DNA of 64,000 nt from a virus: the IMG/VR virus record IMGVR_UViG_3300023504_000004, positions 16,857-80,856 of that record; one strand, given 5' to 3'. The notes beneath the pieces are model-generated. The model searched no databases and had not been told where the DNA came from. It saw nothing but the letters and a program-made list of their open reading frames with translations. Every line of letters begins with the position of its first letter. Within the stretch, counting starts at the first letter, position 1. The position numbers and the translations under genes are program-made. Positions 51,782-62,650 of the stretch are shown in pieces.

Positions 51782-53302
51782 TTGGATGTAGTATCTAATA
51801 TTACAAATGAAATTCTGGTTGTGGGAAGTATTTACAAATCACCAGATTTATTTATTGAGAATGGTCATAACATTCGTTCAAAATATGATTTTCACGATGA
51901 GTCAACAAGGTTCTTTTACGACAACGCTGAAATAATTTATCAAACAAGAAGTCAAAATTTTAATCGAAGCATCATAAGCACTTATATGGCAGAAGATGAA
52001 GAACGTTTGTCGTTATATAAAAAATATGGCGGTTGGAAGCTTATTGAAAGCTGGATGAGTTTGGCTGTTCCAGAAAATTTCGCCGGATATTATGAGGTCC
52101 TTAAAAAGTATTCGTTACTGAGAGAATATCAAAAAAATGGATTTGATGTTGAGAAAATTATGACACATCCTAAATTTGAATTGCTCTCAGCAATGGATAT
52201 TTATCGCTTGATTCGGTCAAAAGCAGATAGAATTCACACAGTAATTTTAACAAATGAGGAAGCAGAAATCTTAAATTCTAATATTCAATCTACATTGCTT
52301 CATTGCATGGAAACCCCTGATCTTGGTATTCCTATTCCTTTTCCCATTATGAACGACATGATTCGAGGTTTAAAAACAGAATCTACGATGGCAGTAGGTA
52401 TGCTGAGCAATGCCGGAAAAAGTCGTTATATGACTAAGTTGATTGCTTATATCACATTGGTTTTAAAAGAAAAAGTATATGTATTACTTAACGAGATGAG
52501 TATTCAGGAAATTAGATATGCATTGATTACAACAGTTATTAATAATCCTGAGTTTCAAGCATTGTACAGATTAAAGCTTCAGAAAAAGGAGAAAGAATTA
52601 ACACTGGGTCTTTACAGGGATAAAAATGGTGAATTCCTTTACCCTAAAAAGGATGAGTGGGGAGATGTGATCGAACCAATCGAAGACTATGTAAAGCGTG
52701 TTTCTGAAACCTCAGAAGAATATCAGAAAACTATGTCTATCGCAAAATGGATCGAAGAAGAAACACAGGGACTTATTTTTACAGAAGATATCTCTACTGC
52801 ATATGATGATAAAACGTTAGAGTTTAAAATCCGAAAAGCAAATCTTACATATGGGATAAAGTATTTCTTTTATGACACATTTAAAAATGATTTAGCGACA
52901 ACCGGAGATTGGGCTGCCATGAAAGTTACAGCAACAAAACTTACAGAACTGGCAAAAGAACTAAAGATGTTTGGATATCTTTCCATTCAGCTTACTGATG
53001 ATGCTAATTTTGTTAAACCTGACGAATTAACTTCGAGCAATATTGCAAACTGTAAAGCTATTAAGCACGTATTGCATACTCTGTTTCTATTTAAAGAAAT
53101 TCAAAAGGGAGAATTTCATAAATACGGCTATGTTTCTACCAGTGATTGGGGTACAAAGACAGTTCATAACCTTGATGAGAATAAACGCTATTACTGTTGT
53201 GTGTGTGATAAAAATAGATTTGGCAGACGATGTAAATTACTTTTTGAAGTAGATCTTGATTTAAACGTGTGGATGGAAATAGGAGAATTGGTAAAAAAAT
53301 AA
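51782..53302 (+). CDS. DnaB-like replicative DNA helicase
   Basis: N-terminal DnaB-N-like 'EILVVGSIYKSPDLF'. Walker A region 'MAVGMLSNAGKSRYMTKLIAYI' in DnaB arrangement. 506 aa. Confidence 0.65.
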   Translation: MDVVSNITNEILVVGSIYKSPDLFIENGHNIRSKYDFHDESTRFFYDNAEIIYQTRSQNFNRSIISTYMAEDEERLSLYKKYGGWKLIESWMSLAVPENFAGYYEVLKKYSLLREYQKNGFDVEKIMTHPKFELLSAMDIYRLIRSKADRIHTVILTNEEAEILNSNIQSTLLHCMETPDLGIPIPFPIMNDMIRGLKTESTMAVGMLSNAGKSRYMTKLIAYITLVLKEKVYVLLNEMSIQEIRYALITTVINNPEFQALYRLKLQKKEKELTLGLYRDKNGEFLYPKKDEWGDVIEPIEDYVKRVSETSEEYQKTMSIAKWIEEETQGLIFTEDISTAYDDKTLEFKIRKANLTYGIKYFFYDTFKNDLATTGDWAAMKVTATKLTELAKELKMFGYLSIQLTDDANFVKPDELTSSNIANCKAIKHVLHTLFLFKEIQKGEFHKYGYVSTSDWGTKTVHNLDENKRYYCCVCDKNRFGRRCKLLFEVDLDLNVWMEIGELVKK

Positions 53303-53322
53303 TGAGAGGATGGTAGTTATAA

Positions 53323-54348
53323 ATGGACATCGAGGATTTAAAAGAGCACATCTTGGAGAATGATCTAATTGAAAAAATTCTCGAAGGGTTGGGGTGTCAT
53401 CACATCAGAAAAAGAGATGGCTTTATACAAGCTGCTAATCCAGATGGTGATAATACGACAGCCGTATGTGTTTATGAGAATACAAATCTAACTACCATCA
53501 ATTATACGAGGGATATAACAAATGGTAGAAAATCATCGGATATTATATCCCTCGTTGAATTTTATAAAAAAGAATCGTTCCCATATGCAGTTAAATGGAT
53601 CTGCGATGAACTGGATATTGATTATTATTCAAATTTCGATGAAGATCTTCCAGAAAGTATACGGATAACAAAAATGCTATTACAGATGCAGGTATCAGAT
53701 GATATATCTGGAGAAGAAGAAAAACCGTTAAAACCGATATCTGAAAAAATCTTGAATTACTTTGAACCTTATGTGAACGAGATGTTCAATGAAGACCATG
53801 TAGGATATGAAACTCAACGTGAGTTCGAAGTTGGATACGATGAAATGTCTGATAGAATTATCATTCCAATCAGAGATGATTTGGGCAATTTAGTGGGCGT
53901 TAAAGGAAGATACTTTTATAGGGATGTTCCAGAAAATGTACAGAAATTTATTTACTTAGAAAAATGTGCGAGATCACAAATTTTATATGGGCTATATAAA
54001 ACAATGCCATATATAAGAAATAGAAGACGCGCATTTGTTGTGGAAGCAGAAAAGGGGGTTATGCAGTTATGGGAAGCTGGTTATTGCGAAGCTGTTGCGA
54101 CAGGCGGAAAGAAGATTTCTAAATGTCAAATAGACAAGCTTACCAGACTGTGTGTACCGCTTTATTTTGTTTTTGATAAAGATGTTCAACAAGAAGAATT
54201 AAAAGAAATTGCAGACCGTTTTATCGACGAAGTAGAAGTATATGCACTAATAGATAAAGACGGAACTCTTAATGAAAAAGAATCTCCGACAGATGAGATA
54301 GAGAAATTTGAAAAGTTACTATTAAACAATGTGTACAGATTAAAATAG
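53323..54348 (+). CDS. DnaG-like DNA primase (TOPRIM)
   Basis: 'IIIPIRDDLGNLVGVKGRYF' and 'AFVVEAEKGVMQLWEAGY' (TOPRIM E...D motifs), and 'YFVFDKD'. 341 aa. Confidence 0.6.
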   Translation: MDIEDLKEHILENDLIEKILEGLGCHHIRKRDGFIQAANPDGDNTTAVCVYENTNLTTINYTRDITNGRKSSDIISLVEFYKKESFPYAVKWICDELDIDYYSNFDEDLPESIRITKMLLQMQVSDDISGEEEKPLKPISEKILNYFEPYVNEMFNEDHVGYETQREFEVGYDEMSDRIIIPIRDDLGNLVGVKGRYFYRDVPENVQKFIYLEKCARSQILYGLYKTMPYIRNRRRAFVVEAEKGVMQLWEAGYCEAVATGGKKISKCQIDKLTRLCVPLYFVFDKDVQQEELKEIADRFIDEVEVYALIDKDGTLNEKESPTDEIEKFEKLLLNNVYRLK

Positions 54349-54358
54349 AGGTGCTTTC

Positions 54359-56098
54359 TTGAGATATAAATTAATTGAAGGATCGTTAAACGATGAATGT
54401 AATGTAGAAGTCACAATCCTAAAAAACAGAGGAATCAAGAATATAAATAGGTTTTTAGCTCCTGGCGAAAGCGATACTTATTCATACAGTTTATTAGATA
54501 ATATCGACGAAGCAGTAAAATGTGCAGAAAAGCATATTCAAAATAAAGATCGGATTCATATTTTAGTAGACTGCGATGTTGATGGATATGTCTCTGGAAG
54601 TATGATTTATCGCGCTTTTAAGAAAATTGATCCGAATCTTAATATTACATATTCGCTTCATACAAAAAAACAGCATGGGCTATCGAAGGATATTACAATT
54701 CCCGATGATTGCAAACTACTTATTATTCCTGATGCTGGTAGCAATGATGTAGAGCAGTGCAGAGAATTAAAGGATAAAGGTATGGATATTATTATTCTGG
54801 ATCATCATATTTGCGACGTTGAAAATGATTATGCAATTGTTGTGAATAACCAGATGTGTAGATATCCAAACAAAAACTTTTGTGGTGCGGGAATCGTATA
54901 TAAATTTCTTGAAGCATTAGACGAGGAGCTTTGGGAAGATACGGCTATGGATATGATGGATATGTGTGCATTAGCCAATATTTCTGATGTTATGGACATG
55001 CGAGAATTAGAGACAAGATATTATGTCACACATGGTCTTAACAGAATTAGAAGTAAATTATTTAAGGCATTGATTGATAAACAGTCTTATTCTATGAACG
55101 GTATTGTAAATATTACTTCTATACAGTTTTACATCACCCCAGTCTTAAACGCCATGATCCGTATTGGCGATCAGGACGAAAAGGATTTGTTATTTAGAGC
55201 CTTTATTGAAACTGACGAAGTGTTCAAATACAAGAAGCGCGGTGAAACCGAAGAGGTTGATGAATCCATCTACGATAGAGCGGCGCGGCTGTGCTCCAAT
55301 GCCAAGGCTCGACAAACAAAAGAAGTTACAAAGGAAGTAACAGAAGTTGAACGCCTTATTTCCGACAAACGCCTTGATGAAAATAAAGCAATTTTTGCGA
55401 ACGTAACTGGAATTCTCGGAGAAACATTAACTGGATTAGTAGCTATTAAGATTGCAGAAAAGTATAATCTTCCGACATTATTGTTGAGACGACAAGCACC
55501 GAGAGAGAATGGAGAGCTATTCTACGGAGGTTCTTGTAGAAACTTTGATAACAGTCCTATTGAGAGCTTAAAAAAAGAGCTGTTGAATACCGGATTATTT
55601 GAGTTCGTACAAGGACATGATAATGCTGCAGGTTTTAGTATTGCAAGAGAAAATGTACAAGCTGCAATTTCTTGCATTAATAATAATTGGAAAGATATTG
55701 ATTTCCAAGCAATTTGGCAGGTCGATTTTGACAAAAATGCAGAGGATGTTGATGTTGCTTTTATTAAAGCGATTGACGATATGAAAGATATGTTTGGTCA
55801 AGGCGTGGAAGAACCTCTGGTTCATATTTCACATATTCCAGTATACAAAGAATCCACAATGATTATGGGTAAGAATTTAAATACATGGAAAACCATTTTT
55901 AATGATGAACTTGCTTTTGTAATGTTTAGTGTAGACCGAGACAAAGACCAGATTATTCAGGAATATGAGAATGAAGAAGAAACATTTGATTCTTTATTGG
56001 GATATATGGATGTGGTCGGAAAGGCTACTTTAAATAATTATAAAGGTATTCTTACACCACAGATTATTGTTAAAGACTATGAGTTCACCAAAGCATAG
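54359..56098 (+). CDS. DHH-family phosphoesterase (RecJ-like exonuclease core)
   Basis: 'ILVDCDVDGYVSG' (DxD motif) and 'IILDHHI' (DHH motif). TTG start in the listed ORF. 579 aa. Confidence 0.65.
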   Translation: MRYKLIEGSLNDECNVEVTILKNRGIKNINRFLAPGESDTYSYSLLDNIDEAVKCAEKHIQNKDRIHILVDCDVDGYVSGSMIYRAFKKIDPNLNITYSLHTKKQHGLSKDITIPDDCKLLIIPDAGSNDVEQCRELKDKGMDIIILDHHICDVENDYAIVVNNQMCRYPNKNFCGAGIVYKFLEALDEELWEDTAMDMMDMCALANISDVMDMRELETRYYVTHGLNRIRSKLFKALIDKQSYSMNGIVNITSIQFYITPVLNAMIRIGDQDEKDLLFRAFIETDEVFKYKKRGETEEVDESIYDRAARLCSNAKARQTKEVTKEVTEVERLISDKRLDENKAIFANVTGILGETLTGLVAIKIAEKYNLPTLLLRRQAPRENGELFYGGSCRNFDNSPIESLKKELLNTGLFEFVQGHDNAAGFSIARENVQAAISCINNNWKDIDFQAIWQVDFDKNAEDVDVAFIKAIDDMKDMFGQGVEEPLVHISHIPVYKESTMIMGKNLNTWKTIFNDELAFVMFSVDRDKDQIIQEYENEEETFDSLLGYMDVVGKATLNNYKGILTPQIIVKDYEFTKA

Positions 56099-56112
56099 AA
56101 AGGCGAAATAAG

Positions 56113-59100
56113 ATGTCAAGTTCTTTACACAATCACTCTGAATATTCTGTTCTCGATGGGTTTTCTCATCCGGAAGAATATTTAAAAAGAGCAAAAGAAT
56201 TAGGAATTCATGCATTTGCTATAACTGAGCACGGAAATCAATATTCCTGGGCATATTTTGATAAGTTAAAAAAGAAATATCCAGAAGTCAAAATGATTTA
56301 TGGCGTTGAATTATACGAGTGTTTTGACATTAAGGTTCAGGACCCTGACAGCAAGTATTTTCATTTGGTAGCCTTGGCCAAGAATGAAAAGGGCAGAATT
56401 GCTCTTAATGAAATTGTTACAAAAAGCAACTTTGAAGGATTTTATTACAAACCCCGTGTTGACCTGAAAATGATAAAGCCATACGCGGAAGATTTGATTA
56501 TTATGTCCGCGTGTCTTGCGTCAAAGATATCTCGTGAGAGGGATTATAACAAGTGTATCGAATACATAAAAGAGTATAAAGAAATCTTTCCATATTTCTT
56601 TTTAGAAATGCAAAGTCACAGCTCAGAAGCTCAAGCTGAGTATAACAAAAAGATTCTTCAATTATCGCAAGACACTAATACGCTATTTACAATCACGACA
56701 GATAGCCATGCCGCGACAAAAGAAGATCTCTATTATCAAGCAAAGCATGTTCAAATCGCCAGAGACAGCGATACAATTGGAGAAACCTATGAAGACTGCT
56801 ATATGCAGTCTGACAACGAGATCCATGAAATCATGGATACTCAAATTGGTAAAGAAAACGTAGCTCTTGGGCTGGAAAACTCAGACATGATTGCGGATAT
56901 GATTGAAGAAGTAAACATGCCATTTCAGTCCCCGCAGTTACCGACGTTTCCTCTTCCAGAAGGTTTTAATACAAACTATGATTATTTAAAGCATCTTTGT
57001 GAAGAGGGCTGGCATAGAAGGAATATTGATAAAATGTCATCGGAAGATCAAAAAGTTCGTAGAGATCGTCTTAATTATGAACTTGGAATCATCCACCAGA
57101 TGGGGTTTGATGGGTATTTCTTGATTGTATGGGATTTTATTAAATGGGCAAAAAGCCATGGTGTTGCTGTTGGTCCAGGGCGTGGATCCGGCGGTGGAGC
57201 GATTGTCGATTATCTTCTTGGAATATCTGAACTTGACCCAATTTCTTATGGACTAATTTTTGAGCGTTTCTTAAATCCAGAACGAGTATCAATGCCAGAT
57301 ATTGACAGTGACTTTTCGGATCGTGAAAAAGTAGTAGAGTATCTGATGAAAAAGTATGGCGAAGACAGAGTATGCCAGGTCATAAACTTTTCATATATTA
57401 CCCCTGTTGTTGCAATTAAAGATGTTGGTAGGATCCTTGGTATTCCATATAAAATTTGCGACAAGATTAGTAAGAAATTTACTTATCCGACTTTTGAAGA
57501 ATGTGTAGAGAATAATCCAACGTTATATGAGGAATACGCTGATTACAAAGAATTATTCGATATCGCCGGGAAAATCAGTGGCAGGGTTCGGCAGACATCA
57601 GTTCATGCTGGTGGTGTTGGAATCGTAGATACAAAGATCACAGACTATATGGCGATGAAGCTTGGATCGAAGGGCGAACACGTCATTCAAGTTGATAAAA
57701 AGATCATTGAAGAGATTGGAATCATCAAATTCGACTGTCTTGGTCTTGCAGATACTCTGAATACCATTAAAGAATGCATGGAATATGCGCATATAGATCC
57801 ATATGAAATCGATGTAAATAATCCTGAATTCTTAAAGAACAAAGACATGTATAAGCTTTTGTGTTCAGCCGATACAAATGGCGTGTTCCAGGTTGAGTCA
57901 CAGGGCATGAAAGATCTTTTATTAAGACTTCAACCGTCCAACCTCGAAGATGTGTCTGCTGTGCTGGCACTATACCGTCCTGATAGTATGGGAGCACTTG
58001 ATGAATACATTGAGTGTAAACACGGAAGGAAAAAGGTTCATTATATTCATCCTGATATGGAGCCAATTTTAAAAGATACTTACGGTTGTTTAATTTACCA
58101 AGAATCGGTTATGGAAGTTGTTAGAAAATTTGGTGGTCGTACATACGGCGGAGCGGACAAGTTTCGTAAGGCCATTGGAAAAAAGAATCTTGAAATGATT
58201 AAACAGGAATCAGAGAAGCTTTATCAAGAGATTATTGATAATGGTTACAGTGAAGATATCGCGAGACAGATTAGCGATGAATTATCGTCTAAGGGAGGAT
58301 ATTGCTTTAACCGATCTCACAGTGCGTTATATGCAATTCTCACCCTTCAAACAGCATATCTTAAAGAAAAATATCCCACTGAATTTTTCTGTGGTCTTCT
58401 AAACCAGAAACGTGATGATTATGGTGCTATAAATAAATACATTATAGATTCCAAAAACTTTAATGTTAAGATTCTTCCTCCCCATATCAATCGCTCTGAT
58501 AGAATTTTTTCAGTCTATAATGAAAAAATTTTATTTGGTCTTGAGGCAATAAAGGGTGTGGGAGAAAAATTTGTTGATGCTTTGATCGATGAACGCTCTG
58601 TTCGCAAATTCGATAATTTCGATGATTTCTACGAGCGTATGTCTCCATCTATTTCTATTGTTATCAGTCTTACAAAAGCTGGAGCTATTCCATGTAAAAA
58701 TAAAAAAGAGTTTCTATTATCTTTTGCTAAATCCCAGTTTAAGAATAAAGAGTATACACCAGTTTCTACTTTACCAAAACTATCTGTGCTAAAAGAGAAG
58801 TATGGTATAGATGGTGAAGTTATTAAAGCAAAAGAAGATCGGTTGAAGCTTTATAACACTGCAAAAATGAAAGAATTTTATCAGACTCAGGACGAAAAAA
58901 ACAAAAAAGCAATCTCGGAATTTGTGGAGAAATATTTAAAAAACGAGGATCTATGGGAATTTGAAGCATTATCGGTGTTTCTTACATACAATCCTTTCGA
59001 AAAAGCATACGAATTTATTGAGATGCCATTTGAAAGTGTCGATGACGGTGGGAAGGGCATTGTTGTTGGTGTTATTGCAAACATTCAAAAAAAGAAAGAC

Positions 59101-59322
59101 CGAACTGGGAAACAATTTGCGTTTATTTGGATGTATTCGGCTTTTGGATTGATTGAAGCAACATGTTGGCATACACAGCTTAAACAGTATGAGGATTTAA
59201 TCAAACGTGGAACCCAGGTTGCAATGCTTTGCGCGAAAAGCGACGATAAAGCAATTGTCAAGGAAATGAAAAGCTATGATCAATGGCTTGAAGATCGGCA
59301 GTTAAAACAGAGAATATCATAG
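56113..59322 (+). CDS. DNA polymerase III alpha subunit (DnaE/PolC-type, PHP + polymerase core)
   Basis: N-terminal PHP 'LHNHSEYSVLDGF...ITEHGN', 'GPGRGSGGGAIVDYLLGISELDP', 'PDIDSDF'. 1069 aa. Confidence 0.85.
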   Translation: MSSSLHNHSEYSVLDGFSHPEEYLKRAKELGIHAFAITEHGNQYSWAYFDKLKKKYPEVKMIYGVELYECFDIKVQDPDSKYFHLVALAKNEKGRIALNEIVTKSNFEGFYYKPRVDLKMIKPYAEDLIIMSACLASKISRERDYNKCIEYIKEYKEIFPYFFLEMQSHSSEAQAEYNKKILQLSQDTNTLFTITTDSHAATKEDLYYQAKHVQIARDSDTIGETYEDCYMQSDNEIHEIMDTQIGKENVALGLENSDMIADMIEEVNMPFQSPQLPTFPLPEGFNTNYDYLKHLCEEGWHRRNIDKMSSEDQKVRRDRLNYELGIIHQMGFDGYFLIVWDFIKWAKSHGVAVGPGRGSGGGAIVDYLLGISELDPISYGLIFERFLNPERVSMPDIDSDFSDREKVVEYLMKKYGEDRVCQVINFSYITPVVAIKDVGRILGIPYKICDKISKKFTYPTFEECVENNPTLYEEYADYKELFDIAGKISGRVRQTSVHAGGVGIVDTKITDYMAMKLGSKGEHVIQVDKKIIEEIGIIKFDCLGLADTLNTIKECMEYAHIDPYEIDVNNPEFLKNKDMYKLLCSADTNGVFQVESQGMKDLLLRLQPSNLEDVSAVLALYRPDSMGALDEYIECKHGRKKVHYIHPDMEPILKDTYGCLIYQESVMEVVRKFGGRTYGGADKFRKAIGKKNLEMIKQESEKLYQEIIDNGYSEDIARQISDELSSKGGYCFNRSHSALYAILTLQTAYLKEKYPTEFFCGLLNQKRDDYGAINKYIIDSKNFNVKILPPHINRSDRIFSVYNEKILFGLEAIKGVGEKFVDALIDERSVRKFDNFDDFYERMSPSISIVISLTKAGAIPCKNKKEFLLSFAKSQFKNKEYTPVSTLPKLSVLKEKYGIDGEVIKAKEDRLKLYNTAKMKEFYQTQDEKNKKAISEFVEKYLKNEDLWEFEALSVFLTYNPFEKAYEFIEMPFESVDDGGKGIVVGVIANIQKKKDRTGKQFAFIWMYSAFGLIEATCWHTQLKQYEDLIKRGTQVAMLCAKSDDKAIVKEMKSYDQWLEDRQLKQRIS

Positions 59323-59357
59323 TGAGGAGTCAAATCCTCACTATGATTTTATGAGAG

Positions 59358-61622
59358 GTGAAAAACTTGGAAGAAATTAGGTTTAAATGTATACCGGTAA
59401 CACAACGTTATTACTCGGAGGATTCTAATTATGGCGTTTTTGTATTTCATACAAAAGATGATATTCCTAAATACGATGCAGTTCCACAGGATCCTTTCGG
59501 CGGGTATGTGGATGAAGATTTAAAAATGTCAATTCTTGCTGGGAATATGCAGCAATTATATATTGGGTCAGAATATGAAGTGACAGCAACATTGGACTAT
59601 AACAATAAATACAAGAACTATCAGTATAAACCAAAGTCAGTTGTGTCTGTTGCGCCGAAAACAGAAGAACAGCAGAAAATGTTTCTTGAATCCATTGTTA
59701 CGAAAAGACAGGCAGAGACTTTAATCGAAAAATATCCGAATATTGTACAGGATATTATCGACGGAACAGATAATGTTGATTTGGCAAATCTTAAAGGTAT
59801 TGGAGAACATACCTATAACTTGATCAAAGAAAAAGTCCTGAGTAATTATGTTATTTCCGACATTTTGGTCATGTTACAGCCTTTAGGAGTTACATACAAT
59901 AAAATCAAAAAATTAATTTCCAACGAACCGAACCCAACTCTGTTAAAGGAAAAATTGACAGAAAACCCATATATTATGCTTCAAATCAAAGGCTTTGGTT
60001 TTAAAACAGTAGACCAATTGGCATTAAAGATTAACCCACAGATTCGAGTTTCTGCAAAACGAGTTTATGCCTTCATAGAGAATTACCTCGAAGAGCTTGG
60101 GAATAGTAGCGGTCATACATGGGTAAATATCAATACTCTTGAAAATGCAGTAAGAGATAACCTTTTCGATTGTATGGATATATACAAAACGATTATGGAT
60201 AACGAATGCAATAATGAGTTAGTATTTCATATTGAACGTGATATGGAGAAAAACAGAATTGGACTAAAAAGATATTATGAAAAAGAAAAGTCAATTCTTG
60301 ATATTCTGAAAAAACTTAACAGTTATGACACTTTAGAAGTTTCTAATGATGATATTAAAGCTGGTATTTCTAAGTCAGAATCGGATCAAGGGTTCTTTTT
60401 AACAGAAGAACAGCGTTCAGTTGTAGAGAATAGTATTAATAGCAATGTTGTTATTATTACAGGAAAGGCAGGAAGTGGTAAAACTTCAATTTCTCGCGCA
60501 ATCTTAAACGTTTACAAAAAGGCAGGATATTCAATTTCATGTTGTGCATTATCAGCGATGGCGGCACAAAGAATCACAGAAGCGACTGGATTTCCAGCGT
60601 GTACGATCCATAGACTGTTAGGATATACTCCCAAAGGATTTTCATTTAATCATATCGACCCTCTTCCTTCTGATGTAATTCTTGTCGATGAATGCTCGAT
60701 GATCAATGTCGGAATTTTTCATGCAATTCTTGACGCAGTTCAAGAGGGAAAGAAAATCATCATGTGTGGTGACAACAGACAGCTTCCACCAATCGGATAT
60801 GGAAATGTGTTTGGCGATCTTTTAGAATTCAAAAATGAATTTGCAATTTACAGACTTACAAAAGTTTTAAGACAAGCAGAAAAGTCTGGTATTTTAATGG
60901 ACGCGAATAAAATTAGAGGAGGAATTTATCCAATTAATGGACCAGAACTCCGTATTGTAAATGGAGAATTGCAAGATATGATTTACATGTTCAGAGAATC
61001 CAGAGAAGCATTACAGAATATCGCCATTAAAACATATATGAAAACGGTCGAGCAAGAAGGCATGGACAGCGCCGTGATTATTACCCCAAGACGTGAAAAG
61101 TGCGGAAACAGCGCATTGGAAATCAACAAAAGGATTACTGATCTGCTGTTTAAACCATCTGAAAAGCATGTTCAATATGGAGAAAGAACATATTATGTAG
61201 GGTCAAAGGTGATGCAAACCGATAATGATTATGAAAAAAATGTGTTTAATGGAGAAATCGGATATATAAAAAATATTTCTGATGTTGAAGTTGATGGAAA
61301 AAAGTCAATGCAGCTTGAAATCGAATTTAAATTAGGCGACCAGAAAAAAATGGTTCTTTATGATAAAAGCGAACTTGATCAATTGGATTTGGCATACGCG
61401 GCCACATGCCATAAATTGCAAGGAAGTGGCATTAAAAATGTCATCATTATTATTGATATGACGCATTATACACTACTTGATACTTGTATGCTCTACACAG
61501 CAATCACGAGAGCAAAAAAGAGATGTCTTTTATTGGCAGAACCGGCAGCGTTTAAAATGTGCATGACAAACAATAAAAGCGTTTCCAGACATACCTGGTT
61601 ATCGCTTCAGGAAGGAGAATAA
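59358..61622 (+). CDS. RecD-like (exonuclease V alpha / PIF1-family) helicase with N-terminal helix-hairpin-helix repeats
   Basis: Walker A 'ITGKAGSGKTS', Walker B 'ILVDECSMI', C-terminal 'YAATCHKLQGSGIKNVIII' (motif V/VI-like). HhH-like 'LKGIGEHTYNLIKE' and 'IKGFGFKTVDQLAL'. Confidence 0.7.
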   Translation: MKNLEEIRFKCIPVTQRYYSEDSNYGVFVFHTKDDIPKYDAVPQDPFGGYVDEDLKMSILAGNMQQLYIGSEYEVTATLDYNNKYKNYQYKPKSVVSVAPKTEEQQKMFLESIVTKRQAETLIEKYPNIVQDIIDGTDNVDLANLKGIGEHTYNLIKEKVLSNYVISDILVMLQPLGVTYNKIKKLISNEPNPTLLKEKLTENPYIMLQIKGFGFKTVDQLALKINPQIRVSAKRVYAFIENYLEELGNSSGHTWVNINTLENAVRDNLFDCMDIYKTIMDNECNNELVFHIERDMEKNRIGLKRYYEKEKSILDILKKLNSYDTLEVSNDDIKAGISKSESDQGFFLTEEQRSVVENSINSNVVIITGKAGSGKTSISRAILNVYKKAGYSISCCALSAMAAQRITEATGFPACTIHRLLGYTPKGFSFNHIDPLPSDVILVDECSMINVGIFHAILDAVQEGKKIIMCGDNRQLPPIGYGNVFGDLLEFKNEFAIYRLTKVLRQAEKSGILMDANKIRGGIYPINGPELRIVNGELQDMIYMFRESREALQNIAIKTYMKTVEQEGMDSAVIITPRREKCGNSALEINKRITDLLFKPSEKHVQYGERTYYVGSKVMQTDNDYEKNVFNGEIGYIKNISDVEVDGKKSMQLEIEFKLGDQKKMVLYDKSELDQLDLAYAATCHKLQGSGIKNVIIIIDMTHYTLLDTCMLYTAITRAKKRCLLLAEPAAFKMCMTNNKSVSRHTWLSLQEGE

Positions 61623-61626
61623 ATCT

Positions 61627-62043
61627 ATGACATTTGGTACAGCTACATTAGATATGCCGACCGGCTATAAAATACTTGCTCCTCAAATGGAGCTTACATA
61701 CCTTAATGTGCAGCCTCTGACGATCCACAGAGACTTTATATACGTCGTTATGATGTGTGAACGCATGGGAGTCAAAAATTTCTTCCCAGACTTCGGTTCA
61801 AGCCGTCTGGTGGGCTGGTACGGCTCCTATGAAACGGCAGTTTCAGCCGTTATGGAAAACTGGTGCGGAATCAATGAGTGCTGTTATGATTATGCTTTAA
61901 TCGAGAAAATCGAGGAAGGTCTGTATAAACCAGCCAATAGTAGCGAGCGTTGGTGGTTCAAATATGATCAGGTGACTGATACATATGCTCCAGTAGAAGA
62001 ACCGAAAGAATACGAACATTACAGTGGTTTTACCATCGGATAG
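61627..62043 (+). CDS. Hypothetical protein
   Basis: ORF preceded by 'ggaaggagaataaatctATG'. Confidence 0.5.
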   Translation: MTFGTATLDMPTGYKILAPQMELTYLNVQPLTIHRDFIYVVMMCERMGVKNFFPDFGSSRLVGWYGSYETAVSAVMENWCGINECCYDYALIEKIEEGLYKPANSSERWWFKYDQVTDTYAPVEEPKEYEHYSGFTIG

Positions 62044-62055
62044 GAGAATAATAAA

Positions 62056-62205
62056 ATGAGAACATTTAAAAAGGGCTTAGGGACTTGTGGACTTATACTA
62101 TTTATAACGTGTTTAGTAGCATTAAATGAAAAATTTGGGTCTACGGCATGGCTACTTGGACTTGGTTGTGGAGCAGGAGCAACTATATCAAATCTATTGG
62201 ATTAG
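62056..62205 (+). CDS. Small membrane protein (49 aa)
   Basis: Unlisted ORF after 'taggagaataataaaATG'. Sequence MRTFKKGLGTCGLILFITCLVALNEKFGSTAWLLGLGCGAGA... Confidence 0.35.
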   Translation: MRTFKKGLGTCGLILFITCLVALNEKFGSTAWLLGLGCGAGATISNLLD

Positions 62206-62215
62206 CGGAGGTTGT

Positions 62216-62650
62216 ATGATTTACAGAGAACGAAAAGAAGTTTGGAAATTAATTGAGTCGCATAAAAATAAACCTATCTGGGCGTGTGCTTATGAACTGC
62301 AAGGGAATAAAAACAAAAATGGCCTTATTCAAAAACCGGTACAAGGTGAGATTTATGAAAATGGTTATAGAACTTATTTTGCTCCGTATAAAAAAGGTTC
62401 AAAGAGTCTCGCAAAATCCAAAGAAGTCTTGGCCGATTTAAGTCGTTATTATGCCGATACATATAAGGAATGCGCAGAACTTTACAATTCTCTTGTCGAT
62501 GATACAATTAAGTATTTCTGGCAGAGAATGAGAGACTGTGCGAAAGATAGAATTGAGGACATCGATATTATTTGTAATAACCCCGAAGATCAGCAGTTAT
62601 TTGACATTTTTATAAATTATGATCCGGAGGTCTCAAATGAACTTAGTTAA
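62216..62650 (+). CDS. Hypothetical protein
   Basis: Internal ATG of ORF 62126-62650, after 'tagcggaggttgt'. Confidence 0.5.
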   Translation: MIYRERKEVWKLIESHKNKPIWACAYELQGNKNKNGLIQKPVQGEIYENGYRTYFAPYKKGSKSLAKSKEVLADLSRYYADTYKECAELYNSLVDDTIKYFWQRMRDCAKDRIEDIDIICNNPEDQQLFDIFINYDPEVSNELS

